DNA from: an uncultured Planctomycetales bacterium
Lineage (GTDB): Bacteria; Planctomycetota; Phycisphaerae; UBA1845; Fen-1342
Length of the DNA stretch: 44,445 bases
Assembly: GCA_964532435.1 (NCBI GenBank)
Contig: CAZHIE010000003.1
Location: 1-44,445 of the forward strand
Direction of reading: 5' to 3'
Part shown: positions 43,002-44,445 of the stretch, piece by piece
Position numbering within the stretch: the stretch's first letter is position 1
Layout: every line of letters begins with the position of its first letter
The notes under the pieces: model-generated
What the model was told of the DNA's origin: nothing
Databases searched by the model: none
Seen by the model: the letters and a program-made list of their open reading frames with translations, nothing else
Position numbers and translations under genes: made by a program

Positions 43002-44445
43002 ATCCGCCGCGGCCGGCGCCGGCTACGCTCATTCGCAGGCGATACACGCCGCTGCGCGCCGCGAGATAGAGCGTGCGGCCGTCGGCGTCGCCCCAGGCGA
43101 AATTCGCCGGTAATTGCGGGCACTTCAGAACCCCCAGGCGCCGCCCGTCGGCCGAGACCACCCAGACGCCGCCCGGCCCCGAAACATATACGTTGCCGCG
43201 CTCGTCCACTTTCAGCCCGTCGATCGCCTCGTCGCCCGGCTCGTCGCCGAGGTCGAGCAGAACCGCCGGATTCGCGGCCCGGCCATCGGCGGCCAGGTCG
43301 TAGCGCATCACGACCTTGCGTTTCTCGTCCCAGTTTCCGACATAGAGGCGCTGCTCGTCCGGCGAGAGCGCCACGCCGTTGGGACCATTCAGGTCTCCGA
43401 CGATCTGGCGCAGCACGCCCTCTTTCAGGCAATACACGCCCATGTGTTCCTGCTCGCGGGCGGGATCATCGGCCCCGCCCGGCAGACCGAACGCCGGATC
43501 GCTGAAGAACAGCGCGCCGTCGGAGCGATACGCGAGGTCGTTCGGCGAGTTCAGCCGCCGGTCCTCGTAGCGATCGGCCAATACCGTCAGCGACCCATTC
43601 CTCTCGATGCGCGTCACGCGCCGATTGCCGTGCTCGCAGATCGTCAGCCGCCCCTCGCCGTCGAGAGCCAGGCCGTTGGAGCCGGGCTGGCGATAGCGGG
43701 CCACGTCGACGCCGCGATAGCCGCTCTTCGCACGATAAACGCTCACGTCGCCGTCGCGCGTCACGCGATAGATGTTGTTGCGATTCGGATCGGACAACAG
43801 CAGATACCCATCGCCGATCGGCCGCGCGCCCGCCCCGCCCACCGCCGCGGGAATCCACACCGGACCCTCGGCAAATCCGAATCCGTCGGCCACCCGCTCC
43901 AGCGGCGCATCGGGCGGCACCAGCGCGTCCAGCGCCGCATCCAGCCGCACTACCTCCAGCGCCGCCGGCCGAGCAGCGCTGAAGCGCTCCGGCCGGTAGA
44001 AATCCAGCGTGGCCGATCGGATCCAGACGAAATTCGCCGGCGGTTCGGAGAGCGGCCCGTTGGCGGCGAAGATCGCGAGCTGAATGCGCTGACCGGGGCG
44101 CACGTCGCGCGCCAGGACCAGCCGATTCGGCGTGTTCCATCCCGCGATCAGCCCGCCGCCCGACTGGCCGATCACCTGCGGCAGCGCTCCATCGACCCAG
44201 ATTTCGGCGTAGTCGTCCAGCGTGATCTCGAGCACGGCGGTCGAGCCGCGCGCGTCGAAATCGCCGGCCCGCTCCGGAATCGTCAGTGCGATCCGGTACC
44301 AGACGAATGACAACCGCCCGCCGCCGCGCCGGCTTTCGAGCTTGTCGGGTTCGAGCCGCGCCCAGTGAGAATCGTCAAAATCCGCCGCGCCGGCGCGCGG
44401 CACAACGTCGTGCGTGCGCTTCGGCTCGCCCGGTAGCCCAGCCGC
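42940..44445 (-). CDS. SMP-30/gluconolactonase/LRE-family beta-propeller protein with an N-terminal galactose-binding-like domain (5' end probably beyond the window)
   Basis: FGFAEGPVW, NSPNDLAY, GPNGVALSPDEQRLYV and DGLKVDERGNVYV propeller motifs. The N-terminal FDDSHW... segment is sugar-binding-like. The frame stays open to the window edge; the GTG at 44403 is only a possible start. Overlaps the surE 3' end by 62 nt. Confidence 0.8.
   Translation of the reverse strand, partial: AAGLPGEPKRTHDVVPRAGAADFDDSHWARLEPDKLESRRGGGRLSFVWYRIALTIPERAGDFDARGSTAVLEITLDDYAEIWVDGALPQVIGQSGGGLIAGWNTPNRLVLARDVRPGQRIQLAIFAANGPLSEPPANFVWIRSATLDFYRPERFSAARPAALEVVRLDAALDALVPPDAPLERVADGFGFAEGPVWIPAAVGGAGARPIGDGYLLLSDPNRNNIYRVTRDGDVSVYRAKSGYRGVDVARYRQPGSNGLALDGEGRLTICEHGNRRVTRIERNGSLTVLADRYEDRRLNSPNDLAYRSDGALFFSDPAFGLPGGADDPAREQEHMGVYCLKEGVLRQIVGDLNGPNGVALSPDEQRLYVGNWDEKRKVVMRYDLAADGRAANPAVLLDLGDEPGDEAIDGLKVDERGNVYVSGPGGVWVVSADGRRLGVLKCPQLPANFAWGDADGRTLYLAARSGVYRLRMSVAGAGRGGFTQTSRATSSFPLRPAWIGR

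Overview
Very GC-rich bacterial chromosomal segment. Gene content suggests the PVC superphylum or a Planctomycetota-like organism; this is inference from a PSP1 plus Minf_1886-like gene pair, a DUF5703-like hydrolase, many lipoproteins and dockerin-tagged secreted proteins. I call about 38 protein genes and one tRNA-Asp. The ORF track shows M for GTG starts, and several real starts are internal to the listed ORFs. I re-derived those starts from signal peptides, RBS-like purine tracts and stop/start overlaps. Housekeeping genes: rarA, 5-formyl-THF cyclo-ligase, nadB, 3-hydroxyanthranilate dioxygenase, ferritin, sucA-sucB-lpdA, surE, cheX-cheY and topoisomerase VI subunit B. I see no integrase, transposase, reverse transcriptase, CRISPR array or recognisable defence genes apart from one vapBC-like pair, so this is not an obvious mobile island. 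Items worth a second look: (1) the 21.3-29.5 kb locus, where two dockerin-tagged secreted proteins bracket a B12-type radical SAM / 4-TM operon and an HExxH protein; one of them is a 958-aa protein made of two unrecognised repeat families, including nine ~68-aa Cys-rich repeats; (2) a heptahaem cytochrome translationally coupled to a polytopic membrane protein; (3) a PSP1 / Minf_1886-like / top6B operon with no top6A nearby; (4) intergenic elements built from inverted arrays of A/T-rich heptamers around GC palindromes, one pair flanking a single gene as exact 56-bp direct repeats, plus a 31-bp tandem repeat, which together occupy both internal junctions and the 3' end of the sucA-sucB-lpdA operon; (5) a 25-bp GC stem followed by phased C6 tracts in the nbaC/porin divergent region. 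All functional links beyond motif recognition are hypotheses. No database search was possible.
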